A DNA stretch of 64,000 bases from a virus. A model generated the notes under the pieces. The model saw only the letters and a program-made list of their open reading frames with translations, was not told the origin of the DNA and did not search any database. This document shows positions 10,256 to 20,251 of this stretch, piece by piece; the first letter of the stretch is position 1, and each line of letters starts with the position of its first letter. Both the position numbers and the translations under genes were made by a program. The DNA is taken from the IMG/VR virus record IMGVR_UViG_3300033512_000504; one strand, given 5' to 3'.

Positions 10256-10940
10256 CACTAAAATTCCTAAGACTAACAAGTTCCTGATAATCCATTGAAC
10301 ACAAATGCGCCCCTTCTGTCTTGGATTGCAAAAGGTGGCTGGTAGTAAAGTGCTTTTCTATATATTTTGCTCCTCTGACAATTGCTTCCTTAGAGGCTTC
10401 TATACCTAGTGAATGATCGCTATAACCTATCATCGGAGATTCAAATGTTTTAGGCATAAGATCTATCGCTCTTTCATAAGAATGTGGGTATTCGCAAACA
10501 CAGTGCATATAAATAACTTTATCAGAATTGAATGGCATTTCTTTCTTATCCCATTTTCCTAATGAACAAAATGTTAATTCATAAGATTCAACCATTTGTT
10601 GACATAACGGAAAATCGCTTTTTAATAAAGAACTTGCTATTTTTCCAATAGACATATCGAGATCTTTAGTCCATTTGTATCTATCTTCATGGAATACCGA
10701 CGCAAACAACGGAATATTTAGTCCATTCGCAAAAGACAACATGTCGAATAACATATTCTTATCGATATTTAAATATTCCCATTTTTCTCTGCTTTCGCCC
10801 GGCATTCGATACGTATCATATAATTGTACTTTGACGGCATCGGCTCCGCCCATTTTACACTGCATAATCATTTGTTCCATTCTGCGTTTTGATCCGCCCC
10901 ATTGCCCACATAACTCAGCTATGATATATATATTTCTCAT
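10239..10940 (-). CDS. neuB: N-acetylneuraminate/nonulosonate synthase, without C-terminal SAF domain
   Basis: YIIAE, GADAVKVQ, KIASS, MHCVCEYP, GYSDHS, IEKHFT. Confidence 0.9.
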   Translation of the reverse strand: MRNIYIIAELCGQWGGSKRRMEQMIMQCKMGGADAVKVQLYDTYRMPGESREKWEYLNIDKNMLFDMLSFANGLNIPLFASVFHEDRYKWTKDLDMSIGKIASSLLKSDFPLCQQMVESYELTFCSLGKWDKKEMPFNSDKVIYMHCVCEYPHSYERAIDLMPKTFESPMIGYSDHSLGIEASKEAIVRGAKYIEKHFTTSHLLQSKTEGAHLCSMDYQELVSLRNFSDEYVK

Positions 10941-12130
10941 TTCAATCCTCCGTTTTGGTAATAAAACAACACAAAATGATTATCGTTTTTAGATACTACA
11001 TCCGTCAGAATTATGTATTTATTATATTTTCTATAATCCTCGAACGATACGCTCCACTCGTTTTCTGCAACAACATCTTTTCTGCTTGGGTCAAAAATTT
11101 CGAATATACAAACCGCTTTACAAATACGAAGTAGTTCTGAGATTAACCGTTCCTTGCTTTGGGATTGAGGTATATGCATTAAAAATCCCATAGTGATACC
11201 TAAATCAAAATGATTATCTTCATATTTTCTTAGTACAGAAATGTTTCTTAAATCTTCAGCATAAAAGTTGTCATTTTTCTTAAATCTTTCTTTATTTTTT
11301 TCTATACTTTCCTTATTAATATCATAACCTGTAACATGGCAACAATATCTAGATTGAGCTTCTGCAAGATTACGAGCTAAATTACAGCCTAGTTCTAAAA
11401 CTTTTGAATTATTATCTAAAACAATGTTATCTCGGATAATTTGACGACCTATATAATCAAACATTATTTCTGTATTTTTAATCTTAACTTCATTGAACAA
11501 ATAATTTTTTTCCAAAGTTTCACCTTTGTTTTTATAAAGCGCTCGTTCCCAATGATTGTTTGACATTATTTGTTTTACCTTTTCATAATCTTCTAACGTA
11601 TTTATATCCATTATATCACATACAACTACCCCACAATGAGTGCTTAAATCTTTTTGCATAACATAATGGCTACGGAACATTCTATAAATAGCATTTTGGA
11701 AAAATTTATTATCAACACTAAACACTTCGTAAAGATTATCGCCTTTAAAGGAGTTTAATAACATATCTAATCCAGCATCTATATGCTCTCCACGAATTTG
11801 AGGAGAATTAGCCTGTAAAGAAATAAAAACATCAACCGGAATATCTGTATGGTCATTAACATACGTCGCCACATTCCGAATAACCTCTTGTTTAAAAACA
11901 TTTGGCTTGCTTAATTCAACGTCTCTTTTATGTGTTTTTGCTACAAATTGTCGAGCTACTTCAAGAACTCTCTCGTCCTCAGAACTAACCCATACTTCAA
12001 TTTCGTATTTAGACTCTTTACACGCATTTATAGACCATGCGACCATAGGTTTCCCATTAATGTCTAATATATTTTTGTCTGGAAGTCTAATTGAATTACC
12101 TTTCGCCGGAATTATCGCTACTATTTTCAT
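10937..12130 (-). CDS. neuA: CMP-nonulosonate synthetase (cytidylyltransferase) fused to a C-terminal SAM methyltransferase
   Basis: IIPAKGNSIRLPDKN and DINTLEDY, then VLELGCNLARN; ATGA overlap places the start at 12130. Confidence 0.85.
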   Translation of the reverse strand: MKIVAIIPAKGNSIRLPDKNILDINGKPMVAWSINACKESKYEIEVWVSSEDERVLEVARQFVAKTHKRDVELSKPNVFKQEVIRNVATYVNDHTDIPVDVFISLQANSPQIRGEHIDAGLDMLLNSFKGDNLYEVFSVDNKFFQNAIYRMFRSHYVMQKDLSTHCGVVVCDIMDINTLEDYEKVKQIMSNNHWERALYKNKGETLEKNYLFNEVKIKNTEIMFDYIGRQIIRDNIVLDNNSKVLELGCNLARNLAEAQSRYCCHVTGYDINKESIEKNKERFKKNDNFYAEDLRNISVLRKYEDNHFDLGITMGFLMHIPQSQSKERLISELLRICKAVCIFEIFDPSRKDVVAENEWSVSFEDYRKYNKYIILTDVVSKNDNHFVLFYYQNGGLK

Positions 12131-12849
12131 GATTTTTCTCTTCCTATTACCTGTATACCATTCCACCACGTAGGATATCTATTACATGGGGTACTTATGT
12201 CATATAACAGCTTAAATTCCGAGTAATTTTTCAAAAACTTTTCATTAGCCCCTCTGACATCTTCTAAATTAGTATCGTCAACCAAAATTACAGCGTTATC
12301 GCTCAAATATGGAATGATCTTAACAAGGGCGTCATACTGTGCGTCAAATGAATGATCCCCATCGTAAAAGTAAAATCCTACTTTCTTGTCAGTGATTGAA
12401 CTCAAACCGTTTAAAAAGTCCCTCCAGTCTTTTTCTACAAATATGACATTTTCGTTTTTTAACCTGTTGAACTCTTTATAAAAAAACGAAGGTATATCTC
12501 CGAAATCCCTGTTAGCTTTATCTTTTTCAAATGTTTTAGTGCTGTATTCCTTATTAAATAATGAAAAGTTATCATTTCCAATACAAACCTTATCGGTATT
12601 AAGAATAAAACCCGCAAAAAAACTATATCCATTCCATGTACCTATATTAACATAACATTCATCTTCTAAAAACGAGACCGCCGTAGATATTAAAAGACCC
12701 ATATGTGTGGTCGCCATTTTACGAACAGTTAAATCGATAGTCGTTAATTTCTTAACCATAGATGTTATTTCTGGACTCTTGTTTAGAACCGCATTTCCCA
12801 TGTCGCCCCATATCTCTGTTATTTTTTTTTGAAAACCGATTATATTCAT
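12127..12849 (-). CDS. class I SAM methyltransferase (Methyltransf_24-like)
   Basis: YVNIGTWNG, YFYDGDHS, ILVDD. Confidence 0.8.
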   Translation of the reverse strand: MNIIGFQKKITEIWGDMGNAVLNKSPEITSMVKKLTTIDLTVRKMATTHMGLLISTAVSFLEDECYVNIGTWNGYSFFAGFILNTDKVCIGNDNFSLFNKEYSTKTFEKDKANRDFGDIPSFFYKEFNRLKNENVIFVEKDWRDFLNGLSSITDKKVGFYFYDGDHSFDAQYDALVKIIPYLSDNAVILVDDTNLEDVRGANEKFLKNYSEFKLLYDISTPCNRYPTWWNGIQVIGREKS

Positions 12850-12850
12850 A

Positions 12851-13471
12851 TTATTTTATACTCCATGTTTTATATTCAGGATCTTTGGTTTTATTATTGG
12901 AATGCATACGGTAACGATAAAATGGAATCCGTAAATGATGAATCCTGTACTTATCTCCCAATCTATATCTTAATTCTTCTTCTTCCCTGTGTCTCATTGT
13001 ATCGTCGTAACCACCCAATGACAAAAACAGATCTCTTCTATACATTATACCACAAGATATTGGATCTGTTTCAGCGTATTTCCTTTCAATAGTATTTTCA
13101 TAATCATCAACTAAAATATAATCACAAGACACACAAAATGCATCATGGTTTGCTACCAAGTATTCCCTCATAAAAAACGACAGACGGTCATTAATAAAGT
13201 CGTCTGCATCTACTCTTACAACAAACTGCCCCTTAGAGGCTTTTATACCTACATTAGCCGATGCTGCCACCCCCATATTCATTTTATTTTTTATAAGAGT
13301 TATATCGTTAATAAAAGGAGATATGTTTCCCATTGAATTATCTGTACTGCAATCGTCTACTACTATAACCTGAGAATTATAGTTGAATTGGTCTAGACAG
13401 CTTCGTAAACAACGAGCTATATATGTACCGTAGTTAAAATTTGTTATTATTATTGAAACATCTGACTTCAT
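12851..13471 (-). CDS. GT2 glycosyltransferase
   Basis: VIVVDDCSTD, VRVDADD. Confidence 0.9.
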   Translation of the reverse strand: MKSDVSIIITNFNYGTYIARCLRSCLDQFNYNSQVIVVDDCSTDNSMGNISPFINDITLIKNKMNMGVAASANVGIKASKGQFVVRVDADDFINDRLSFFMREYLVANHDAFCVSCDYILVDDYENTIERKYAETDPISCGIMYRRDLFLSLGGYDDTMRHREEEELRYRLGDKYRIHHLRIPFYRYRMHSNNKTKDPEYKTWSIK

Positions 13472-14436
13472 TACAATTCCTTGATTACCTCATCCATTAT
13501 TAAAGACGAAACATTCCCTTTTTCAAATAAATGTTTTTTACGAGATACAGCGAACTCTTCTGAAAAATCCGTTGTTGTTAAAAACTCTATAGAAGATTTA
13601 AATTTATCAAACCCGATATCCGACTTCACTCCACAACAATATTTATAATTATACAAAAAATTCATTGGAATTTTACTAAAAGGCTTAATCTGGAAATTTA
13701 AAACAGGGCAATTAAGCATAACCGCCTCTTCTATCGCTGTTGAATCAAAATTAATTAAAACATCAGCTATAGTTAAAAATTCTAAAGACGGATGAGGATA
13801 CCAACTTTCGTCTTCAAAATAATACTCGGGTCGTACATTATTTTCCGCTGGCTCTTTACCTCTAGCCTTTAATATTATCTTGTAGCCTAAATTCTCTAAG
13901 TATCCATATATTTTTAACAAATCAACATTTGGTAAATCCCTGTATCTTGGAAATAAAACCAATGCGATTTTATCACCTGATATGCCGTATTTCTCTTTTA
14001 TTTTAGGTTTGCTATATTCGATATCGTATTTAGGAGATCCCATATGTAGATTTTTATCAGATATAGTCCCATAATAATCTGCAAAAAACCGACTTTGAAA
14101 AATTACCTTGTCTACACGGTCAATATAGTCTCTATAAGAAACCGTAAAATCTGTCATTGCTACCAGAGAAAATATTTTACCGATAATACGATCTTTCCAT
14201 CCGCCCTCTACTGTAAAAAACAAACCGCCATACTTGCTTGATTTATCAGCAAAAACAATTTCTGTTTCATAAATCTTTAAAATAGCAGATAATTCATTTA
14301 TATATTTCAACGGATTAGAATATTTACTATTTTTATCAACAACCATCTGTGTACAAATACCTCTTTTATGAGCTTCAATAATAAGCGGCATAAAATACTT
14401 TAAATAAGTCATCTCTGCTAAGGCAAATTTTATCAT
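13471..14436 (-). CDS. GT-B fold protein (CDP-glycerol glycerophosphotransferase or epimerase-like)
   Basis: GSPKYD, ADVLINFDSTAIEEAVMLNCP. Confidence 0.5.
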   Translation of the reverse strand: MIKFALAEMTYLKYFMPLIIEAHKRGICTQMVVDKNSKYSNPLKYINELSAILKIYETEIVFADKSSKYGGLFFTVEGGWKDRIIGKIFSLVAMTDFTVSYRDYIDRVDKVIFQSRFFADYYGTISDKNLHMGSPKYDIEYSKPKIKEKYGISGDKIALVLFPRYRDLPNVDLLKIYGYLENLGYKIILKARGKEPAENNVRPEYYFEDESWYPHPSLEFLTIADVLINFDSTAIEEAVMLNCPVLNFQIKPFSKIPMNFLYNYKYCCGVKSDIGFDKFKSSIEFLTTTDFSEEFAVSRKKHLFEKGNVSSLIMDEVIKEL

Positions 14437-15044
14437 CGTTTTTTAACTCCAGAAACAAGAATATATAATTGCAAATACGGTTTTATTGTCGTCAAAAAAC
14501 TATATGCGACGTTCTTAAAATACTTATCTATATAAAATGTATCTAATACGGACGGAACTTCATCACAAATAGCATCTTTTAAAGATACATATCCTCGTTT
14601 TTCAATTTCTTTCTGGAACATAACGCATTGTTCGTTTTTTAAAAAATCATCATCCCAAATCGCAGACCATAAATAATTATCTCTACGATAAGCATATTCC
14701 TGTTCTCCACTTATGTTTACCCATCCAACCTTGAACTCAGAAAATCTCCAATGATCCCCTAAACCCCAATCAACATATAACCTTCCATCATCATTTAACG
14801 AAGAATAGCACCTACTTATAAAATCAGAGGGGTCTCTTGAAAAATAAGCACATCGTATACAAATTATAGTATCATACTTTTTCGGTAATTCCCATTTAGA
14901 ATTTATTTCCCAATTACCCAAGCTTAAATCATATGTGTCGCCTTCGAACATGTCATTATTAGCACTACCCAATAAAGCAACATTGCCGTGACACTTGATG
15001 TTTTTCTTATAAAAAGGAACAACTATGGCGTTACTTATTCCCAT
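14433..15044 (-). CDS. methyltransferase-like protein
   Basis: KYDTIICIRCAYF...L..DGRLYVD; start reassigned to 15044. Confidence 0.45.
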   Translation of the reverse strand: MGISNAIVVPFYKKNIKCHGNVALLGSANNDMFEGDTYDLSLGNWEINSKWELPKKYDTIICIRCAYFSRDPSDFISRCYSSLNDDGRLYVDWGLGDHWRFSEFKVGWVNISGEQEYAYRRDNYLWSAIWDDDFLKNEQCVMFQKEIEKRGYVSLKDAICDEVPSVLDTFYIDKYFKNVAYSFLTTIKPYLQLYILVSGVKKR

Positions 15045-15609
15045 TATTAATCCTTTTAACATGTATAACAAATGCGTCATTATCATTGCTACCAGTTAAA
15101 TTGAATCCTTTCTTGTTTAATTGGCTCACGATACGGTCATGTCCACTCTTTATATTATGTATTTTATGCACATGCCATTCACAAAAAATCTTATCAATAT
15201 AACAAATGGAATCGTCATTAATCATCTTATCGAACATACTGTATTCAGCACCTTCTATATTAACCTTAAGTATAATTTCATCCGTTTTATCAAAGTTATC
15301 CAGTACGAATTGCGAAAAATCAACACAATCTATAACCACAAAATCGCTAGAAACATTATTTTTATTAGAACAAATCGAATTCCCCTCATTGCTTCCATGC
15401 TTAATAAACAACCGTTCTTCACCATTTTTGTCACTAGCTGCTTTTTTAATGACAATAACTCTATCATCGTTTTTGAATTTAGTAATCAACTCATTAAAAT
15501 TACATTCAAATGGTTCAAAAGCATAAAACTTTTCACAATCTGAAAAAGCAATCATAGCTTCTTCAATAGTATCTCCATTATATGCACCTAAATCTATAAA
15601 TATTTTCAT
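15031..15609 (-). CDS. FkbM family methyltransferase
   Basis: IDLGAYNG, AFEP, LKVNIEGAE. Confidence 0.85.
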   Translation of the reverse strand: MKIFIDLGAYNGDTIEEAMIAFSDCEKFYAFEPFECNFNELITKFKNDDRVIVIKKAASDKNGEERLFIKHGSNEGNSICSNKNNVSSDFVVIDCVDFSQFVLDNFDKTDEIILKVNIEGAEYSMFDKMINDDSICYIDKIFCEWHVHKIHNIKSGHDRIVSQLNKKGFNLTGSNDNDAFVIHVKRINNGNK

Positions 15610-15616
15610 TATTCCC

Positions 15617-16303
15617 CTACATATCTTTTATAAACGCATATTCTATTTTATTGTTTTCTGCTAAAAACATCTTTAATTTACTAGCCATATTTTTAGATAA
15701 ATAACTCTGATCCCATTCACAAGCATGATATACAATTTGCAAACCATCTTTTAACACAATCGGTTCTGATGGCGGTATGTAATCATAATATACAACGTGA
15801 CCAAACTTCTCATCTTCTCCGCCATATCCAGCCTTGTGACTAAACGATGAAATTAACGCCAAAGTTTTGATTCCTTTATCTTTACATGCCATTATTGACT
15901 GCGGCGACATCCAAAACGCAGAAGGTCTAAAAATTGGACTGAAAAGGTCGTATATTCCAGCCACTTTCGCCATAGCAAACATCTTGTCTAACGTAGAACA
16001 TGCCTCTCTATAGTCAAGGCTTTTAAACTCATCATTGCTTGACTTATTAAAAACACCATGATAATAACCATGCCAACCTAACTCGAATCTATCAGACGGC
16101 AATTTTTTCAAAACAGAACAAAAATCACTATACTGATCAATGGGATACGATTTCTCTTGATATCTTGTATAGCATATTGGAATAAACAACGAAAATTTTA
16201 TATCATGAAACTCATCAATTAATTCATAACATCTGTCTAATACACCTATAGAAGATTTAGGATGAGGAGAAATATCATCAATACTTATGTTTATTTTAGC
16301 CAT
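15617..16303 (-). CDS. polysaccharide deacetylase-like (DUF2334/NodB)
   Basis: ISIDD, GWHGYYH, FRP. Confidence 0.75.
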   Translation of the reverse strand: MAKINISIDDISPHPKSSIGVLDRCYELIDEFHDIKFSLFIPICYTRYQEKSYPIDQYSDFCSVLKKLPSDRFELGWHGYYHGVFNKSSNDEFKSLDYREACSTLDKMFAMAKVAGIYDLFSPIFRPSAFWMSPQSIMACKDKGIKTLALISSFSHKAGYGGEDEKFGHVVYYDYIPPSEPIVLKDGLQIVYHACEWDQSYLSKNMASKLKMFLAENNKIEYAFIKDM

Positions 16304-17201
16304 TATATGTTTTCTCCATAAAATTGTAATATTGAGCACCGATATCATTTATGTTTTGCGTCTTGATTCTTCGGGTATAAACGTCTAAATTATCATAAAC
16401 CATATTGACTTTTTCAATAATATCGTATTTATCTTCAAAAAGTTCTCCAGCGTTACCACTATTTCTAAGAATCTCTGATGATCCGCCGCTATTCAAAACT
16501 ATAGCTGGCAAACCACATGTTAAACCCTCTATTAATGAATTCGAACATGTGTCGTCTTCACTAGCTGTAATAAATATGTCAGATGAATTCAAAACTCTTG
16601 ATAAATTTTCAGAATCTAAAACACCTTCCATCTTAATGTTATTGAATTTAATCGGAGACCTGCCAATAAATGAATAATCAAATTTATCAAAATCTAAATT
16701 GTCATCCAAATATTTATATACACCAAACCCTTTTTTCATATTGTCTGACCAACTAGAAGTAACTAATTTGATTTTCCCACTTCTAGCTTTATCTTTTTTA
16801 GTAAAATACTTTCCATCTGCACAGTTATATATGATCGTACTATTGGGATGAACAAACATTCCGTTGTTTTGGCTTGTTACCTTACTCCATTCAGATTGAA
16901 ATATAACTCCATCAGCGTAGTTTTCAGAAAAATCATAAACCTTTATGTCGTTAAACCTTTCATGCTCTCCTCTATAAACACTAAATACACCATCTATGCG
17001 ATGAACTATTTTGTTAATCTTGGTTTTAACTTTAGAGGCTTCTTCTAAACAATCTTTACTATTAACTAATATGACATCTGCTTTGTTTGGATTATCTTCA
17101 TATAAGCCGTTATCCATAAAATATCTGCGTAATGTCCGAAGGAACTGATTTCCTCCTCCGCCGACATTATCAAATTTCCATAATATGTTAACTTTAATCA
17201 T
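16296..17201 (-). CDS. GT4 glycosyltransferase
   Basis: GGGGNQF, DTCSNSLIEGLTCGLP. Confidence 0.85.
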   Translation of the reverse strand: MIKVNILWKFDNVGGGGNQFLRTLRRYFMDNGLYEDNPNKADVILVNSKDCLEEASKVKTKINKIVHRIDGVFSVYRGEHERFNDIKVYDFSENYADGVIFQSEWSKVTSQNNGMFVHPNSTIIYNCADGKYFTKKDKARSGKIKLVTSSWSDNMKKGFGVYKYLDDNLDFDKFDYSFIGRSPIKFNNIKMEGVLDSENLSRVLNSSDIFITASEDDTCSNSLIEGLTCGLPAIVLNSGGSSEILRNSGNAGELFEDKYDIIEKVNMVYDNLDVYTRRIKTQNINDIGAQYYNFMEKTYNG

Positions 17202-17937
17202 TTAAAATCCTTGTACAAAACTTATCCCAACCGTCAACATCTACTCGTCCAATCTTTTTATATGTTTTATTTGTTTTTGGGATACCTCTGCCTAGATGCA
17301 TAAATATAACTTCGCAGTTATCATTAACACACCTATCTACTTTAAAATCTCTGTAGTTTTCGTTTAGTGACTCTATGATCTCTGGACAATTAAATGTGTT
17401 TTTAAAACAGTAATGCTTTATATCGTTATCTCTACAATATTTGGTTAAACTATCTCCCACGTCTAAAATTTGAGCACTATCTATATAAACAGGATACGGC
17501 GAAACCTTATTTGCCAAATCTATCGTGGTCAAGTATCCAGAAACATGTATAGCTTGTATACGAATAGGATCGCAAACTGTTCCTATTAACTTATAACCTT
17601 CCGCTACCTTTTTAAACAAGTCTTTAAAAAACAGATTGCTACAAACGCAAATATCACAATGGCACAAAAATACCCATTCTGTATTTACTTTTATCAATCC
17701 AATATCTATGGCTTCGGCATTGGCTTCGGAACCAATGGCAGAAGTAGGATTGTTTATCCATGTTATGTTTTTTGCACAACCTAATATCTCATCTTTATAA
17801 GAGATATTATCTGAATTTTCAACAACAATATAATGTATGCTTAAATTTTCAGGTTTGAATTTCTCAAAACTTTTTACACAAATACATGTCAAATCTTCAG
17901 AATGAAAACTAGGAATAATTACAGATAAATTTTTCAT
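17194..17937 (-). CDS. GT2-like glycosyltransferase
   Basis: VIIPSF, VVENSD, CHCD. Confidence 0.75.
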   Translation of the reverse strand: MKNLSVIIPSFHSEDLTCICVKSFEKFKPENLSIHYIVVENSDNISYKDEILGCAKNITWINNPTSAIGSEANAEAIDIGLIKVNTEWVFLCHCDICVCSNLFFKDLFKKVAEGYKLIGTVCDPIRIQAIHVSGYLTTIDLANKVSPYPVYIDSAQILDVGDSLTKYCRDNDIKHYCFKNTFNCPEIIESLNENYRDFKVDRCVNDNCEVIFMHLGRGIPKTNKTYKKIGRVDVDGWDKFCTRILND

Positions 17938-18554
17938 TTGATTTTAACTATAGATAATCCGTACTTATCTCTATAGCATCGTATTTGAACTTTACTATCT
18001 TCAAAACAATCTTCGTCAATCAATATCGGACTAAACAATTCAGCCAAAATATATAATTCCCATGCTCCATACGTTTGTAACATTTTGAAATCATTAGAGC
18101 GTATTCTTAATTCGTCATATAAGTCCCTAGATACATCATGAGTTAAAAAATTAACCTTGTTCTTTACGCATGATAGCATTAACGCCTTTGTCATATGATA
18201 AGGATGGGCGTCTAAAAACACCATATCGGGATTATATTTAGAAATAATCTCGTCTTCATGTCCAGTAATATCAGCAAGATGAAAATTAAAATGTTTTTTA
18301 TCAACACATTCCTTTTTTATAACATCAACAATGTCCCAAGAATGCAATTCAATGTCAAGTCCAAGCCACGTAGATATTTTTAAAAATACCGCCGTAGAGC
18401 ATCCGTACTGAACTCCGAATTCTAAAATCTTTTTGGGACGATATTCTTCCATGTAATTATATATTTGTCTACATTCTTCCTTAGATAGTGTTTTTACCAT
18501 TCCTAATATTTTAGGCAACGTACTTCCGTCAAATAAATCATCAAATTTACTCAT
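17934..18554 (-). CDS. class I SAM methyltransferase
   Basis: ILEFGVQYGCST, VFLDAH. Confidence 0.7.
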   Translation of the reverse strand: MSKFDDLFDGSTLPKILGMVKTLSKEECRQIYNYMEEYRPKKILEFGVQYGCSTAVFLKISTWLGLDIELHSWDIVDVIKKECVDKKHFNFHLADITGHEDEIISKYNPDMVFLDAHPYHMTKALMLSCVKNKVNFLTHDVSRDLYDELRIRSNDFKMLQTYGAWELYILAELFSPILIDEDCFEDSKVQIRCYRDKYGLSIVKIK

Positions 18555-18559
18555 TATAC

Positions 18560-19315
18560 TTAATTCCTTTTTATATGAACCCTTGCACTTCTTCCACTTA
18601 GCCACTTAAAATTACAATCAATCAACGTCATGGTAATGTCTCTTTCATCTTCCGCTTCTTGCAAATCTGGTCCCGAAGCCGTATGCGATTTGTCCACCCA
18701 AGTTTCAACCATCATCGCATTTGAATTACTATGGTTACACAAATTGTTAATAACATCATACGGATTTGGAACATGTTCTAATACATCCATTACGCAAATA
18801 ATGTCAAATTTTCTGTCAAAAACAGGCAGCATGCAATCCTGACTTATTTCATGAAAATTAAAACTCGCATGTGGGGCTTTCTTGTGAAGTCTCCATTTTG
18901 CAAAATTCAAATGCTCTCCGCCTACATCCACCAATGAAAAATTCATACTGTTAATATCAAAATCTCTAGGATTTTCTATTATAAAATTAGTTAATGGAGC
19001 AACACCGCAACCATACTCTACTATAGAACAACCATTAAACAAATAGGGATAAAACTTTTTAGCATAATCATAGTCCTTGCGATAATTACATTGTCTAAAA
19101 ACCTGCCAAGCACCAATATCCTTGTAAAAATCCATCTTCTTTTGTATAGTATCTCTTGGCTTGCAATCCCATAACTCTTCAAATGTCTTCCCACTAACGG
19201 CTTCACATGTCGGGGATGACGGCAAATTAGGTTTTCTTCCAGATCTTCTTGTACCTAACTCTATTGCATCTTCAACTGAAACATTATAATATTCACATAA
19301 ATCTGTATACCACAT
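18560..19315 (-). CDS. class I SAM methyltransferase
   Basis: VEYGCG, FDIICVMDVLEHV. Confidence 0.8.
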   Translation of the reverse strand: MWYTDLCEYYNVSVEDAIELGTRRSGRKPNLPSSPTCEAVSGKTFEELWDCKPRDTIQKKMDFYKDIGAWQVFRQCNYRKDYDYAKKFYPYLFNGCSIVEYGCGVAPLTNFIIENPRDFDINSMNFSLVDVGGEHLNFAKWRLHKKAPHASFNFHEISQDCMLPVFDRKFDIICVMDVLEHVPNPYDVINNLCNHSNSNAMMVETWVDKSHTASGPDLQEAEDERDITMTLIDCNFKWLSGRSARVHIKRN

Positions 19316-19339
19316 TTTTTACTCCGTGTTATATTATAC

Positions 19340-20251
19340 CTAGACTTCCTCAAATAAATCGTCAAATTTACTAATTATTTTATCTGGAAGGTACGATTTT
19401 ATAGATTCATAGTTATACGATATATGTTCTTCATTATTGACAACCTTATTAACAAAATCATCACTACTATAACAAATACATTCTGGATGCAATATTTCAG
19501 GAGCAATACCGGAATTAGTAGATAAAACCTTAACCATTCTATATGACCCCTCCAAAACAGCCTGAGCACCACCTTCGACTCTTGCTGTAACAAAATAATA
19601 ATCTAAACAATCGTACAGAGAGTTAATATCGTCATAATTCTCGTAATAGACATAAGGTATTTTGTTTTGTTGCAATTGCTTGATAACCCATGCCCGCCCA
19701 TATCCACCGAGAACAACTTTTATAGGTATCTTTTTAGACAATTTGACAACAGCATCAACAAATATATCTGGTCCTTTTATCATTTTAGGAGTTTCGCCTA
19801 TTTTCCCGTTACCATCTTTGACAAATGAACCTATTAAAATTTCCCCGTCAATTGAAATCTGTCTCCTTAAAAAATCTATTTTGTTTTGATTTCTATCACC
19901 AATACGGGTAGATAAAACCCAATAAGGCAATCTCCTAACGGGAATATCGATATATTTACTTACGACTTTTTCAGTAATTTTATTTGGAACAATACAGATA
20001 TCAGCTTTTTTAAATTGCTGGAAATTATATTCTCCAAGTTGATCCTCGTTTACATGGTGTATCTGGAGAAACTTGCGACAACCTTTGGGAATGGAATCAA
20101 TAATAGCTGGAAAACTAAAAACATCAATACACCATACAGCGTCTGGATTATTATTTAACTCTACAATTTGATGTCTTGTGTGTTTTTTATAATCATCGGC
20201 TATATTATCTATAACCCAACCAGATCCCGCTCCTTTAACTGCTATTTTCAC
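19340..20251 (-). CDS. GT4 glycosyltransferase
   Basis: KGPD, ARVEGGAQAVLEG. Confidence 0.8.
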   Translation of the reverse strand: MKIAVKGAGSGWVIDNIADDYKKHTRHQIVELNNNPDAVWCIDVFSFPAIIDSIPKGCRKFLQIHHVNEDQLGEYNFQQFKKADICIVPNKITEKVVSKYIDIPVRRLPYWVLSTRIGDRNQNKIDFLRRQISIDGEILIGSFVKDGNGKIGETPKMIKGPDIFVDAVVKLSKKIPIKVVLGGYGRAWVIKQLQQNKIPYVYYENYDDINSLYDCLDYYFVTARVEGGAQAVLEGSYRMVKVLSTNSGIAPEILHPECICYSSDDFVNKVVNNEEHISYNYESIKSYLPDKIISKFDDLFEEV

